Source: a virus (Duplodnaviria; Caudoviricetes). From it: 55,942 nucleotides of DNA. Below the pieces are notes generated by a model. The model made no database searches and was not told where the DNA came from. It saw nothing but the letters and a program-made list of their open reading frames with translations. The stretch spans positions 1 through 55,942 of the IMG/VR virus record IMGVR_UViG_3300042893_000841; one strand, given 5' to 3'. Position 1 is the first letter of the stretch. Every line of letters starts with the position of its first letter. A program made the position numbers and the translations under genes. Shown one piece after another: positions 41,837-50,362 of this stretch.

Positions 41837-41867
41837 CAAAGATAGTGAAGTTTTTGGTTCTGCCAAA
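41837..41867 (-). promoter_or_regulatory. Bacteroidota-type promoter driving the candidate ncRNA
   Basis: TTTG-N19-TATCTTTG on the minus strand. Confidence 0.75.
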
Positions 41868-41898
41868 ACGTTTGTAATTTTTTTTTAAAAAACTTTCA

Positions 41899-41927
41899 TT
41901 GACTGATTACCATAAATATCTTATATT
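41899..41927 (+). promoter_or_regulatory. Sigma70-like promoter of dam
   Basis: TTGACT-N17-TATATT. Confidence 0.55.
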
Positions 41928-41933
41928 TTATCT

Positions 41934-42773
41934 ATGTTAAGTTATATTGGTGGTAAGAGTAAGATCGGAAAGTGGATAGTCCCTTTCTATGATAAGAATA
42001 TGGAAACGTATGTTGAGACGTTTGGAGGAATGTTTTGGTGTTTTTATAATATGGACTTGAAAGAGTTCCCTAACCTAAAGAAAGTTGTTTACAACGACTT
42101 TAACCCATTGAACTACAACTTATTTAAGTGTATTCAAAACCCAACAGAGTTATTGAAGGCAATCAACTCAATTGATTGTCAAAAATTTGGTGAGGTACCA
42201 ACCCCACCATTATATAAAGAACAATTTATCAGGTTCCAGGCTGAAATATTTAATGAAGGTTTCAACGTAAAACCTGAAGATTACGAAGTTGCTGCAAAAT
42301 ATGTTTACATTTTAACTCAAGTATTCAGTGGATCAAAACCTGAGACAAGTTCTTTTATTGACCTTAAAGGTAAGTACAAGTCAAAGTATTTGACGTTTAG
42401 AGATAAACTATTAAAACCGGATTGGATAGAACATTTCTTAAAGATAACTCACGTTGAGAATATGGATTTTGCTGAGGTTATTGAAAAGTATGATTCACCT
42501 AACACTTATTTTTATGTGGATCCCCCATATTGGAAAACAGAGAACTATTACTCCAACCATGACTTTGATCGTCAAGACCACGAAAGACTTTCAAAATCTT
42601 TAATAAGTATGGAAGGTAAATTCAGTTTATCATATTATGATTTTCCTTTATTATCCGAATGGTTTCCAAAAGATACATATACCTGGGAGAAAAAAGAATT
42701 CGCTAAAGCGGCAGCAGCAAAGAAAGGAACAAAACAAAATATGGGTGAAGAATTATTAATAATGAATTACTAA
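41934..42773 (+). CDS. dam: Dam-family (D12 class) N6-adenine DNA methyltransferase
   Basis: YIGGKS, YVETFGG, NDFN, DPPY, SYY, ELLIMNY. Confidence 0.85.
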   Translation: MLSYIGGKSKIGKWIVPFYDKNMETYVETFGGMFWCFYNMDLKEFPNLKKVVYNDFNPLNYNLFKCIQNPTELLKAINSIDCQKFGEVPTPPLYKEQFIRFQAEIFNEGFNVKPEDYEVAAKYVYILTQVFSGSKPETSSFIDLKGKYKSKYLTFRDKLLKPDWIEHFLKITHVENMDFAEVIEKYDSPNTYFYVDPPYWKTENYYSNHDFDRQDHERLSKSLISMEGKFSLSYYDFPLLSEWFPKDTYTWEKKEFAKAAAAKKGTKQNMGEELLIMNY

Positions 42774-42817
42774 TGACATTTTTTTATTGTTTCTAATATT
42801 TATAATAAAAACTTATT

Positions 42818-44881
42818 ATGGAATTACTTGGTATTTTATCTAAGGTAGTAAAAGAAAACGTAAACGTTAAAAGGATATTATTAGAATATCCAGAATCTAC
42901 TGTTAATAAATTGGTTGCAAAGTTTTTAAAACAAACTGAAGATAGTGAAGATAATATAAAATTAGTTATTTCTGATTTTGAAAGATTTAAAGGTGGTTTT
43001 GCTATAGATGAAAAAAATGAACTTAAACAACTTAACAACGAGTTAAAAACTTTAGAACCGTCCTCTCAAGATTATAAAGATTTACAAACTAGAATTCGTG
43101 ATTTAAATAAAACGGTACAAGATACTTTAGACATATTTAAGTACGACTATGAGAGTTTAAAAAATCTGACTGCGGATAAGTCGACAAAACAAAAAACAAA
43201 AAAAGACCTTGAAAGTATTGCTCAAGAGTTTGTAACAAAATATAAAGGAACAGATTTACAATTAGTTAAATTAAATATTAAAAAATATTTTGAATTAAAA
43301 ACTTTATTCCCAGAACAAAAAGTGTTTAAAAAGGAGGTAACCGAATACACACCATCACAATTAAATGATATTTCATCAAAATTATTCTCAAAGTTTGATG
43401 AACGAGGAGAAAATGTCTTAACCAAAAGAATTACCGAAAAGTTTGCAAAAGAAAATCCGGACGACGACCAAATGACGGTAATCCTACCAAGAGCTAAAAG
43501 ATTTGTTAAACACTATGCGTTAATACCATTAAACACTAAATTAGTTGCTTATATGTCATTTGATGATTTTGAGCACATAGTTGATGGGTATACCCCAATG
43601 GAGGAAGACGAATATAGTTTACCTGAGATTGATTTAGGTGATGTTGATGTTGCTTATGAGGATGACAATATCTTAATATTTGCTCCGGATGAAAAACAAA
43701 AATGTATTAACATTAGAAAGAAACACGCTCCAGATAGAAGATGGTGTACATCTTGGGAAGGATCAAGTAACTATTATTACAATTATAGATTAAATCAAAA
43801 CTTAACGCTATATTATGTTATTAGTAAAAATTTACCAGAATCTGATTTAAATTATGCGGTTGTTGTTCTTGTTGATAGATATGGGGAAAAAAGATTAGCA
43901 GATGGTTCTAACTCCGGAAGGTTTGCTGGTAGTACGGTTATTCCTTGGAGAGAAATGGTACAGAAGGTACCGGCATTAGATGGTAAAGAACGATATCTTG
44001 AAGCTAAACCATATAGTGCGGAAGATAGTGATAAAATGCAAAGATATAAGTCATATAATTTAACTACAACCGACCCTATTAGTGAATTGGGTAGTATTGA
44101 AGAGGTTGAATTATGGATAGAATTAAGAGGACCTGACTTTAGAAATATGTCAATGGGAGATGAAATATTCTCTAACTTACCGGAGGAATTACAGAGAAAG
44201 TATATAGGTTTAGGTAGTGAGTTAAGCGCCGGAATGGTTAGAGGACTTAAAGAAGGTGCAATGACTTACTATGTTTCTAAAAAGAAAGAAAAGTTACTTA
44301 CAAAAAGGTTATCAGAAATATCTGAAAATGATATGCAGGTTATTTTGAGTAAAGAAATGAGACCATATTTTAGACAATTAAAAAGAAAATATTCAGAAGA
44401 ACTTGAAACTAGTTTTGATCCTGAGTTTATTCCAATATCATATCCTAGCGATAATAACGCTAAATTTGCCAGAATGTTTGGGTTAGAAACGTTATTTGAC
44501 CTATTACCGGATAATACAGAATTTTTACAGATTGAAAATAAATCAAAAGATAGTGTAATTTATACTATTCCAGAAACAATAGGTAAATTAACAGAATTAA
44601 CAACTTTAGTTTGTGATAACATTATTAGAGAGTTGCCAGAAGCAATAGGTAATTGTAGACAGATGATATTTTTAAATTTGACAAATAATAAAGAATTGAA
44701 TACACTTCCAAAAAGTATTGCCAAACTAAGTTGTTTGGACTTTATTTCTGTTATGGGGTCTAATATTGAGATTGACAACCTACCAAAAGATATTTTACCG
44801 TATATGGATCCTACATCGGATTTCTTTACGGTTAATTTCCCAGCAAAAATGAAAAAACACTGTAATTCAGAAACAAGTTAA
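42818..44881 (+). CDS. Large protein with central WCTS domain and C-terminal leucine-rich repeats
   Basis: IPETIGKLTELTTL, LPEAIGNCRQMIFLNL, LPKSIAKLSCLDFI LRRs; N-terminal VVKE/ILLE; TATTTAT upstream. Confidence 0.7.
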   Translation: MELLGILSKVVKENVNVKRILLEYPESTVNKLVAKFLKQTEDSEDNIKLVISDFERFKGGFAIDEKNELKQLNNELKTLEPSSQDYKDLQTRIRDLNKTVQDTLDIFKYDYESLKNLTADKSTKQKTKKDLESIAQEFVTKYKGTDLQLVKLNIKKYFELKTLFPEQKVFKKEVTEYTPSQLNDISSKLFSKFDERGENVLTKRITEKFAKENPDDDQMTVILPRAKRFVKHYALIPLNTKLVAYMSFDDFEHIVDGYTPMEEDEYSLPEIDLGDVDVAYEDDNILIFAPDEKQKCINIRKKHAPDRRWCTSWEGSSNYYYNYRLNQNLTLYYVISKNLPESDLNYAVVVLVDRYGEKRLADGSNSGRFAGSTVIPWREMVQKVPALDGKERYLEAKPYSAEDSDKMQRYKSYNLTTTDPISELGSIEEVELWIELRGPDFRNMSMGDEIFSNLPEELQRKYIGLGSELSAGMVRGLKEGAMTYYVSKKKEKLLTKRLSEISENDMQVILSKEMRPYFRQLKRKYSEELETSFDPEFIPISYPSDNNAKFARMFGLETLFDLLPDNTEFLQIENKSKDSVIYTIPETIGKLTELTTLVCDNIIRELPEAIGNCRQMIFLNLTNNKELNTLPKSIAKLSCLDFISVMGSNIEIDNLPKDILPYMDPTSDFFTVNFPAKMKKHCNSETS

Positions 44882-44882
44882 C

Positions 44883-45173
44883 ATGAAAAACGTAGACGTA
44901 GAGATTTATATAAGTAATTTAATTACATTTTTTGATAAAAATCCAAATGACTTAATGGAGTTAATTGGTAAATCACAAAAAGAAGAATTTTTTGTTAAAT
45001 TAAGAGAAAAATGTGAATTAAATTTTAAAGAGGGGAAGGATGTTGTTTTAACAAAGGAACAGATAATTGATGTTGTTTTGGAACTTAAATTACATATAGC
45101 TAAGGGGGAAAAAATCACAAAGATTACAACCGCAATTCAGAAAACAAAATTTGGTGATATTATTTTAAATTAA
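44883..45173 (+). CDS. Hypothetical protein
   Basis: Coupled ORF. Confidence 0.55.
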   Translation: MKNVDVEIYISNLITFFDKNPNDLMELIGKSQKEEFFVKLREKCELNFKEGKDVVLTKEQIIDVVLELKLHIAKGEKITKITTAIQKTKFGDIILN

Positions 45174-45185
45174 TTTTTAAAAATG

Positions 45186-45216
45186 CTTGTTGATTTAATT
45201 TTATTTTGTACATTTG
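45186..45216 (+). promoter_or_regulatory. Bacteroidota-type (early) promoter
   Basis: CTTG-N19-TACATTTG. Confidence 0.6.
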
Positions 45217-45238
45217 TATTATAATAAAATTTAAACAT

Positions 45239-45994
45239 ATGATATACACACCAGAATTAATTAAATCAGTTGCCCCCGCTATCTTTGCAACAACTCCATC
45301 ATTAAAAATGACAAACAAATATGAGTTTGTCCCAACAGACAAAATCATGGAGTACTTTGATAAAGAAGGGTGGGAGGTTTCATCCGTCAAACAAAATGGT
45401 AGAGGAATCCATTCTTTACATGAAGTAAAATTCCGTAACAGTGAACTTCCTGCGGTAGGAGACACTTTAATTGAGGCGATTATCAGAAACTCACATAATG
45501 GAATGTCGTCATTCTCTATGAGTGCCGGACTACACCGATTAGTATGTAGTAATGGATTGACAGTACCAACATCAGTAGCTGACAAATTTAGTATCCGACA
45601 CAAAAACTTTGAACTTGACGATGTCAAAATGTTAACAGAAAGTTTTGCAAAAAAACTTCCAAAAATTGAACATTCAGTTAGTCGTATGATGTCTCGTGAA
45701 TTAACAATAGACGAAAAGATTAATTTTGTTAAAAAAGCAACAACACTTAGATGGAGTAATGGTTCAGTACCATCTACTTTAGATATGGTAGACCTTTTAA
45801 CACCTAATCGTAATGAAGATGAGGGTGACGACCTTTGGAAAGTATTTAACGTTGTACAAGAGAAATTTGTACGTGGTGGGGTTAAGTATCAAACAAACTC
45901 AGGACGTAACACAGGACTCAGAGGTTTAAAAAACATCATGGCCGTAAACACCATCAACACTAAGTTGTGGGAAATGGCAGAAGAGATGTTATAA
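45239..45994 (+). CDS. DUF932/DUF945 family protein
   Basis: APAIFA, YEFVPT, NSHNGMSSF...GLHRLVCSNGL, IRH, LWKVFNVVQE, NTKLWEMAE. Confidence 0.85.
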   Translation: MIYTPELIKSVAPAIFATTPSLKMTNKYEFVPTDKIMEYFDKEGWEVSSVKQNGRGIHSLHEVKFRNSELPAVGDTLIEAIIRNSHNGMSSFSMSAGLHRLVCSNGLTVPTSVADKFSIRHKNFELDDVKMLTESFAKKLPKIEHSVSRMMSRELTIDEKINFVKKATTLRWSNGSVPSTLDMVDLLTPNRNEDEGDDLWKVFNVVQEKFVRGGVKYQTNSGRNTGLRGLKNIMAVNTINTKLWEMAEEML

Positions 45995-46003
45995 AAAAAC
46001 AAA

Positions 46004-46030
46004 TGTGGGGGATTTACCCCCACACTTTTT
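46004..46030 (+). terminator. Intrinsic terminator
   Basis: TGTGGGGG-ATTTA-CCCCCACA-CTTTTT. Confidence 0.75.
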
Positions 46031-46034
46031 AAAT

Positions 46035-46364
46035 ATGGAGCACTTTAAAAAAGAAGAAGAATTTATAAAAACACTGATTAAAAAAACTGGATCATTGTTT
46101 AGTACGGTAATTGTAGAAACGGCAACCATAACTCCGGATGATTTAATTACGAGGGATAATTTTACGACGGAATACCTGGAAAGTATTTGGTTACCTATGG
46201 ATAAAAAAATATTTCATTTTGAAGGTATTTTCAAAAACAAGTCAGATATTTATCTTTACCTATCTAAATACGATAACGGACCATATAGGTTAAAAATAAT
46301 ATACGAAATTAGTAAACTTGATGAGGTTACTCTTTTCATTAAACAATTAAGTAAATTAAAATAA
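46035..46364 (+). CDS. Hypothetical protein
   Basis: Start moved to MEHF, after the terminator. Confidence 0.55.
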   Translation: MEHFKKEEEFIKTLIKKTGSLFSTVIVETATITPDDLITRDNFTTEYLESIWLPMDKKIFHFEGIFKNKSDIYLYLSKYDNGPYRLKIIYEISKLDEVTLFIKQLSKLK

Positions 46365-46365
46365 A

Positions 46366-46680
46366 ATGGAAATAAATAGTATTGATTTAAAAGAAAAAAT
46401 TAATAAAGGGGAAAAAATAATCGTTGAGTTTTGGGCTGAATGGTGTGGACCTTGTAAAATGATGAAACCAATATTTGAAAGAGTTGCAACAAATAATACG
46501 TCAGACGTTCAAATGTATACAATGAATATTGATAATAACCGAGAAGCCGGACAATCATTTGGAATTAGAAGTATTCCTACAGTTAAAATTTTTAATTCTG
46601 GAGAATTAATTGAAACTAAAGTGGGTGTGTTGTCTGAACAACAAATAAACGGAATTGTAAATGAATTAATCAATGGATAA
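46366..46680 (+). CDS. trxA: Thioredoxin
   Basis: FWAEWCGPCK, IRSIPT. Confidence 0.92.
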   Translation: MEINSIDLKEKINKGEKIIVEFWAEWCGPCKMMKPIFERVATNNTSDVQMYTMNIDNNREAGQSFGIRSIPTVKIFNSGELIETKVGVLSEQQINGIVNELING

Positions 46681-46957
46681 AGTCGCGGTTTTATTCACAA
46701 TGAAAAGTTGTCCTTTTTGTGTGGATCTTAAAGAAATGTTAATTAAAGAGGGAATTAATTTTGTTGATAGGGATATTAACGAATATGAAGAAGAATATAA
46801 TCTTTTTGTTGAGGTTACTGAAAATGAATATGTACCCGCATTTATGTTAATTGAATCTCCGGAGAATGAACCAATAACTGAGTTGTTTGCCCCAGACAGA
46901 GATTTTGATGATATTAATGAAGGGTTTGAAATTATAAAAGCGTTTTTACAAGATTAA
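46673..46957 (+). CDS. Glutaredoxin/NrdH-like redoxin
   Basis: CPFC, YVP cis-Pro motif. Confidence 0.8.
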   Translation: MDKVAVLFTMKSCPFCVDLKEMLIKEGINFVDRDINEYEEEYNLFVEVTENEYVPAFMLIESPENEPITELFAPDRDFDDINEGFEIIKAFLQD

Positions 46958-46976
46958 ATTAATTTTTTTTACGGTT

Positions 46977-47153
46977 ATGAGCAATATTGAAGAAATACTT
47001 TTTGAATCATATAATTTGGGAATCAAAGATGATGTGTTTAAAGAAGTTGATAAACTTATGTTATATAAAAAATACTACAATCTTAAATTGGCGTATGAAG
47101 AGGCATTTAATAATGTTATTAAAAATGTAGAAATTAAAAATTTTAATAACTAA
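46977..47153 (+). CDS. Small hypothetical protein (58 aa, MSNIEEILFESY...), missing from ORF track
   Basis: Open frame between the redoxin gene and terminator. Confidence 0.55.
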   Translation: MSNIEEILFESYNLGIKDDVFKEVDKLMLYKKYYNLKLAYEEAFNNVIKNVEIKNFNN

Positions 47154-47171
47154 TAAAAAATAATATATAAT

Positions 47172-47204
47172 AAAAAACCCCATCTTTACAGGTGGGGTTT
47201 TTTT
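47172..47204. terminator. Bidirectional intrinsic terminator
   Basis: AAAAAACCCCATC-loop-GGTGGGGTTTTTTT between convergent genes. Confidence 0.85.
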
Positions 47205-47206
47205 GT

Positions 47207-47902
47207 TTAAAACATTATTGTGTCTTTTAATCTATCTTGTGTTAGATATGGTTTTTCTTTTACTGGGAAGACGATATCTTGAAAAAGGTCATAGTCCTTA
47301 AGTTTTTCCGCAAAAGTAGTTAAATCAAAATCAAACACATCTAAAATTAATGACTCAATACTTTTATTATCTAACCTTGATTTTGACATGACTTTAATTT
47401 TTAAATCCTCATCTTCATTAATTTTTTTTGTAAAATAAAAATCTATCTCATCGGAACCTATCGTACTATAGATATGATTAAAAATATAATGAGAATAATA
47501 TATCATCAACCTACCACAATTTAAACTATAACCATATGGGAATTCGGAATTAACAGACAATTCAAAAAGTGGTTCAGGTTCATCAACAAAAACATCCTTG
47601 TTTACCTTAACCCAACCATTTTCAATATTATTAACTTCTTCACCATATCTGATAACATCAATGGTATTTAATTTATCAATCTCAATATCCGGAATTAATT
47701 CTGAAAACCAATCGGTAAATTCTTTTTTTATTTTTTCCAGGTCTAACACTTCGTTACTTGTTGTCACACCATTAATCACCATAAATGGGCCACAATCTGA
47801 AACCTGGATTATTGAGTTCTCTTTTTTATCTATTTTAGATAAAATAAAATCGGATAGTAAATTTACTACACCTCGTCTTGAATTTTTATTAATTAATCTC
47901 AT
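47207..47902 (-). CDS. Degenerate SAM-synthetase (MetK)-like protein
   Basis: Remote resemblance to MetK N domain (LSDFIL..., VINGVTTS...D) and C domain (R...Y...YI..HI, LILDVFDF, PY..D); no GHPDK motif. Confidence 0.4.
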   Translation of the reverse strand: MRLINKNSRRGVVNLLSDFILSKIDKKENSIIQVSDCGPFMVINGVTTSNEVLDLEKIKKEFTDWFSELIPDIEIDKLNTIDVIRYGEEVNNIENGWVKVNKDVFVDEPEPLFELSVNSEFPYGYSLNCGRLMIYYSHYIFNHIYSTIGSDEIDFYFTKKINEDEDLKIKVMSKSRLDNKSIESLILDVFDFDLTTFAEKLKDYDLFQDIVFPVKEKPYLTQDRLKDTIMF

Positions 47903-47950
47903 ATTCTGTTTTTAACAATGAATATGGTTTTTATTTGGATATATAAATAG

Positions 47951-48958
47951 TTACTCCATATAATCCAAAAATGAATCATTTAAGTATTCTTTCACTAAAC
48001 TATAATCTGAGTATTCACGTAAGTTTAACTCAAAATGTCCTATACAATGGTTCATTTCTGTTGATAACATCTCTAAATAGGATCCTTGATTTATTAATTG
48101 TTCGTCATCATACTCTTTCATACAATCTAAAAAATTAAACATATCCACTTTTAAATTTTTAATTTTACAGTTAATATAACTTTTAGTTCTACCACCTCCT
48201 ATGTCTTTTTTTTCCCATTTAAAATCTGTATCAACGTAATCACTTAAATGAGTTTTTATTTGTTTAAATGCCACATCGTTCCAAACCTCATTATATGCCA
48301 CATTATGTAAAGACCGTAAGTTACTTTTTAATCTTGTTAAGTACCCGGACTTTATTAATTCATCAAATGTTTTTCTATCGGATAAAACATAATTAATGTT
48401 TTCATTATTTATTTGAACATTACCATTTTCATCCGTATTATTCTGAAAAAATAAACCACCAAAATGATCGGAATCAAGTTCAGAATTTTCTAAATCGCTA
48501 AGAATAATATTTTTTAATTCTAACAGATTTTTTTCATCCAGGTCTGAAACAATATCAGAATGATAACTACTCACGGTATCTGAAAACATTTCAAACCAAT
48601 CCTCACCCAGCACTTCTTTAACAACTTTAGCGTCAGACATATTACGACTATAACCATCATCAAAAAGAACTGAAAATTCAGTTAATGAGTCAATTTTCAT
48701 ATAATACTCATCCCCTATTTTATTAATATCATCAAAATAATCTAAAAAATAATCAGGACCATATTCTTTTAATAAAATAATACTAGCCTCGTTAAACTCA
48801 TATCCAGTTAATGAATCATACATAGATCTATAATCAATAAGATTAAGTTTATTTTTAGATTTAACATACTTTAAAAAAGTTTGAAAATCATTAAAAATAG
48901 ATTCAACCCTATCCCAATTACCACCATTAAATAATTCTATTACTTTATCTACATTCAT
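47951..48958 (-). CDS. Acidic protein, tandem paralog of 48958..50064
   Basis: Shared DTV...D...L.E.NL, LKS.L.S.H..AYN, GSY.EM, Y.DY.L..Y.N..F motifs. Confidence 0.65.
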   Translation of the reverse strand: MNVDKVIELFNGGNWDRVESIFNDFQTFLKYVKSKNKLNLIDYRSMYDSLTGYEFNEASIILLKEYGPDYFLDYFDDINKIGDEYYMKIDSLTEFSVLFDDGYSRNMSDAKVVKEVLGEDWFEMFSDTVSSYHSDIVSDLDEKNLLELKNIILSDLENSELDSDHFGGLFFQNNTDENGNVQINNENINYVLSDRKTFDELIKSGYLTRLKSNLRSLHNVAYNEVWNDVAFKQIKTHLSDYVDTDFKWEKKDIGGGRTKSYINCKIKNLKVDMFNFLDCMKEYDDEQLINQGSYLEMLSTEMNHCIGHFELNLREYSDYSLVKEYLNDSFLDYME

Positions 48959-50064
48959 TATATGTAATCACCAAAATATTCATTTATATACTTATAAATT
49001 AAACGATAGTCGGGATAATCTGGAATTCTAAAATCAATACCATCATAAACATCATCATCAAATAAAGATTTCATCATTTCAGTGTAACTACCATAATAAT
49101 CTAAATTATTATAATAACTACCGTATTTGTTCTCATATAAAAATGATTCCACATTACCTTGAAAATCTGAAATTTTAATATAGGAATGCCATTTAACCTT
49201 ATCACCGGATTTAATTTCCTCATCAATTATTTTTGAACTAAAAAACTCAGTTAATCCATTATAAACAAGGTTATAAATCTCACTTTCATATGCCGAATTG
49301 TATGCGTTAGAATGTATTGAATATAATTCACTTTTTAAATCATCTAAATCACCATCAAGAAGTTCATTCATTGCTTCACTATCTTTAATTAAAGACTTAA
49401 CATTTTCACTTGTTATCCTAAAGAATCCTTCACGATTTTGTTCATCTGATAGTTCGTCAAAAAAATCTGAACTATAATCCTCCACATTTAAATCCACATC
49501 ACCAATATTCTTTAATATATAATTCTCTAAATATCCTAAATTAACCTCATTAAGTTCCCCAATCACATCGTTATAGATATCATCAACTGTGTCCCAATAC
49601 CTATCATAATCAAGACCCTCCTCACTTAAGGATGATTTTGCAACATCTTTAGCGGTTACATCACGACCACTATCATCAAAAAATTGTGCAAGTTCTTCTC
49701 TATCACTTAAAAACAAATAAAAACCATCAGACCTCATAGTAACATCTGATAACAATGAGTCACAGATATACTTAAGGGCAGAATTTGAATCCTCAGATAC
49801 CCAACGATAAAGAAATAAGTTTTTTATTTCATCTGGTAAGTAATTATATTCTAAAGAATCCATAAATTTGTTTTCATACAAGAAATCAAAAAGTTTTGAA
49901 TCCGAATCATAATCACTATAACTAATATTCCCCACATCAAGTTCTGATTGTCTACCTTTTTTTATTACCAGAGTTAAAAAAGACCTAACATTATTGAATA
50001 TGGATTTTAAGTCATTTTCAAAATGACCAGAATTAAAAGATTCTATTGCTTTGGATAAATTCAT
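48958..50064 (-). CDS. Acidic protein, tandem paralog of 47951..48958
   Basis: Start taken at MNLSK after TATTTAT (50070-50076); D/E-rich. Confidence 0.65.
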   Translation of the reverse strand: MNLSKAIESFNSGHFENDLKSIFNNVRSFLTLVIKKGRQSELDVGNISYSDYDSDSKLFDFLYENKFMDSLEYNYLPDEIKNLFLYRWVSEDSNSALKYICDSLLSDVTMRSDGFYLFLSDREELAQFFDDSGRDVTAKDVAKSSLSEEGLDYDRYWDTVDDIYNDVIGELNEVNLGYLENYILKNIGDVDLNVEDYSSDFFDELSDEQNREGFFRITSENVKSLIKDSEAMNELLDGDLDDLKSELYSIHSNAYNSAYESEIYNLVYNGLTEFFSSKIIDEEIKSGDKVKWHSYIKISDFQGNVESFLYENKYGSYYNNLDYYGSYTEMMKSLFDDDVYDGIDFRIPDYPDYRLIYKYINEYFGDYI

Positions 50065-50077
50065 ATTGTATAAATAC

Positions 50078-50103
50078 AAAAAAAGGTGGAAAATTCCACC
50101 TTA
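50078..50103 (-). terminator. Intrinsic terminator
   Basis: AAGGTGGAA-TTCCACCTT hairpin with U-tract on the minus strand. Confidence 0.7.
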
Positions 50104-50131
50104 TAAATACAAAAAGACAAATTATAACAAA

Positions 50132-50278
50132 TTATTTTTTATTATAATATTTCTCAATAACCTTTTTTACGGATTCCTGAACTGTTGCATTCTTAACTGT
50201 TTGTGGTTGTTGAGCATTTTGATTAACTTGAGGTTGAGCCGCTTGTTGGTTACCTTTATTTTTACATCCGCATCCCAT
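50132..50278 (-). CDS. Small protein (48 aa, MGCGCKNKGNQQAAQ...), missing from ORF track
   Basis: TATTTAT (50311-50317) upstream and terminator downstream. Confidence 0.65.
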   Translation of the reverse strand: MGCGCKNKGNQQAAQPQVNQNAQQPQTVKNATVQESVKKVIEKYYNKK

Positions 50279-50362
50279 AGTAAAGTGTTTTTATTAGGTT
50301 TATTTTTAATATAAATATCTTCATATCTTCATATTTGTAAATAATTCAATATTTATTGTTAT

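Noticed and set aside
50051-50314. 87-aa + strand ORF
   Set aside because: Overlaps a terminator and the better-supported minus-strand MGCGCK gene
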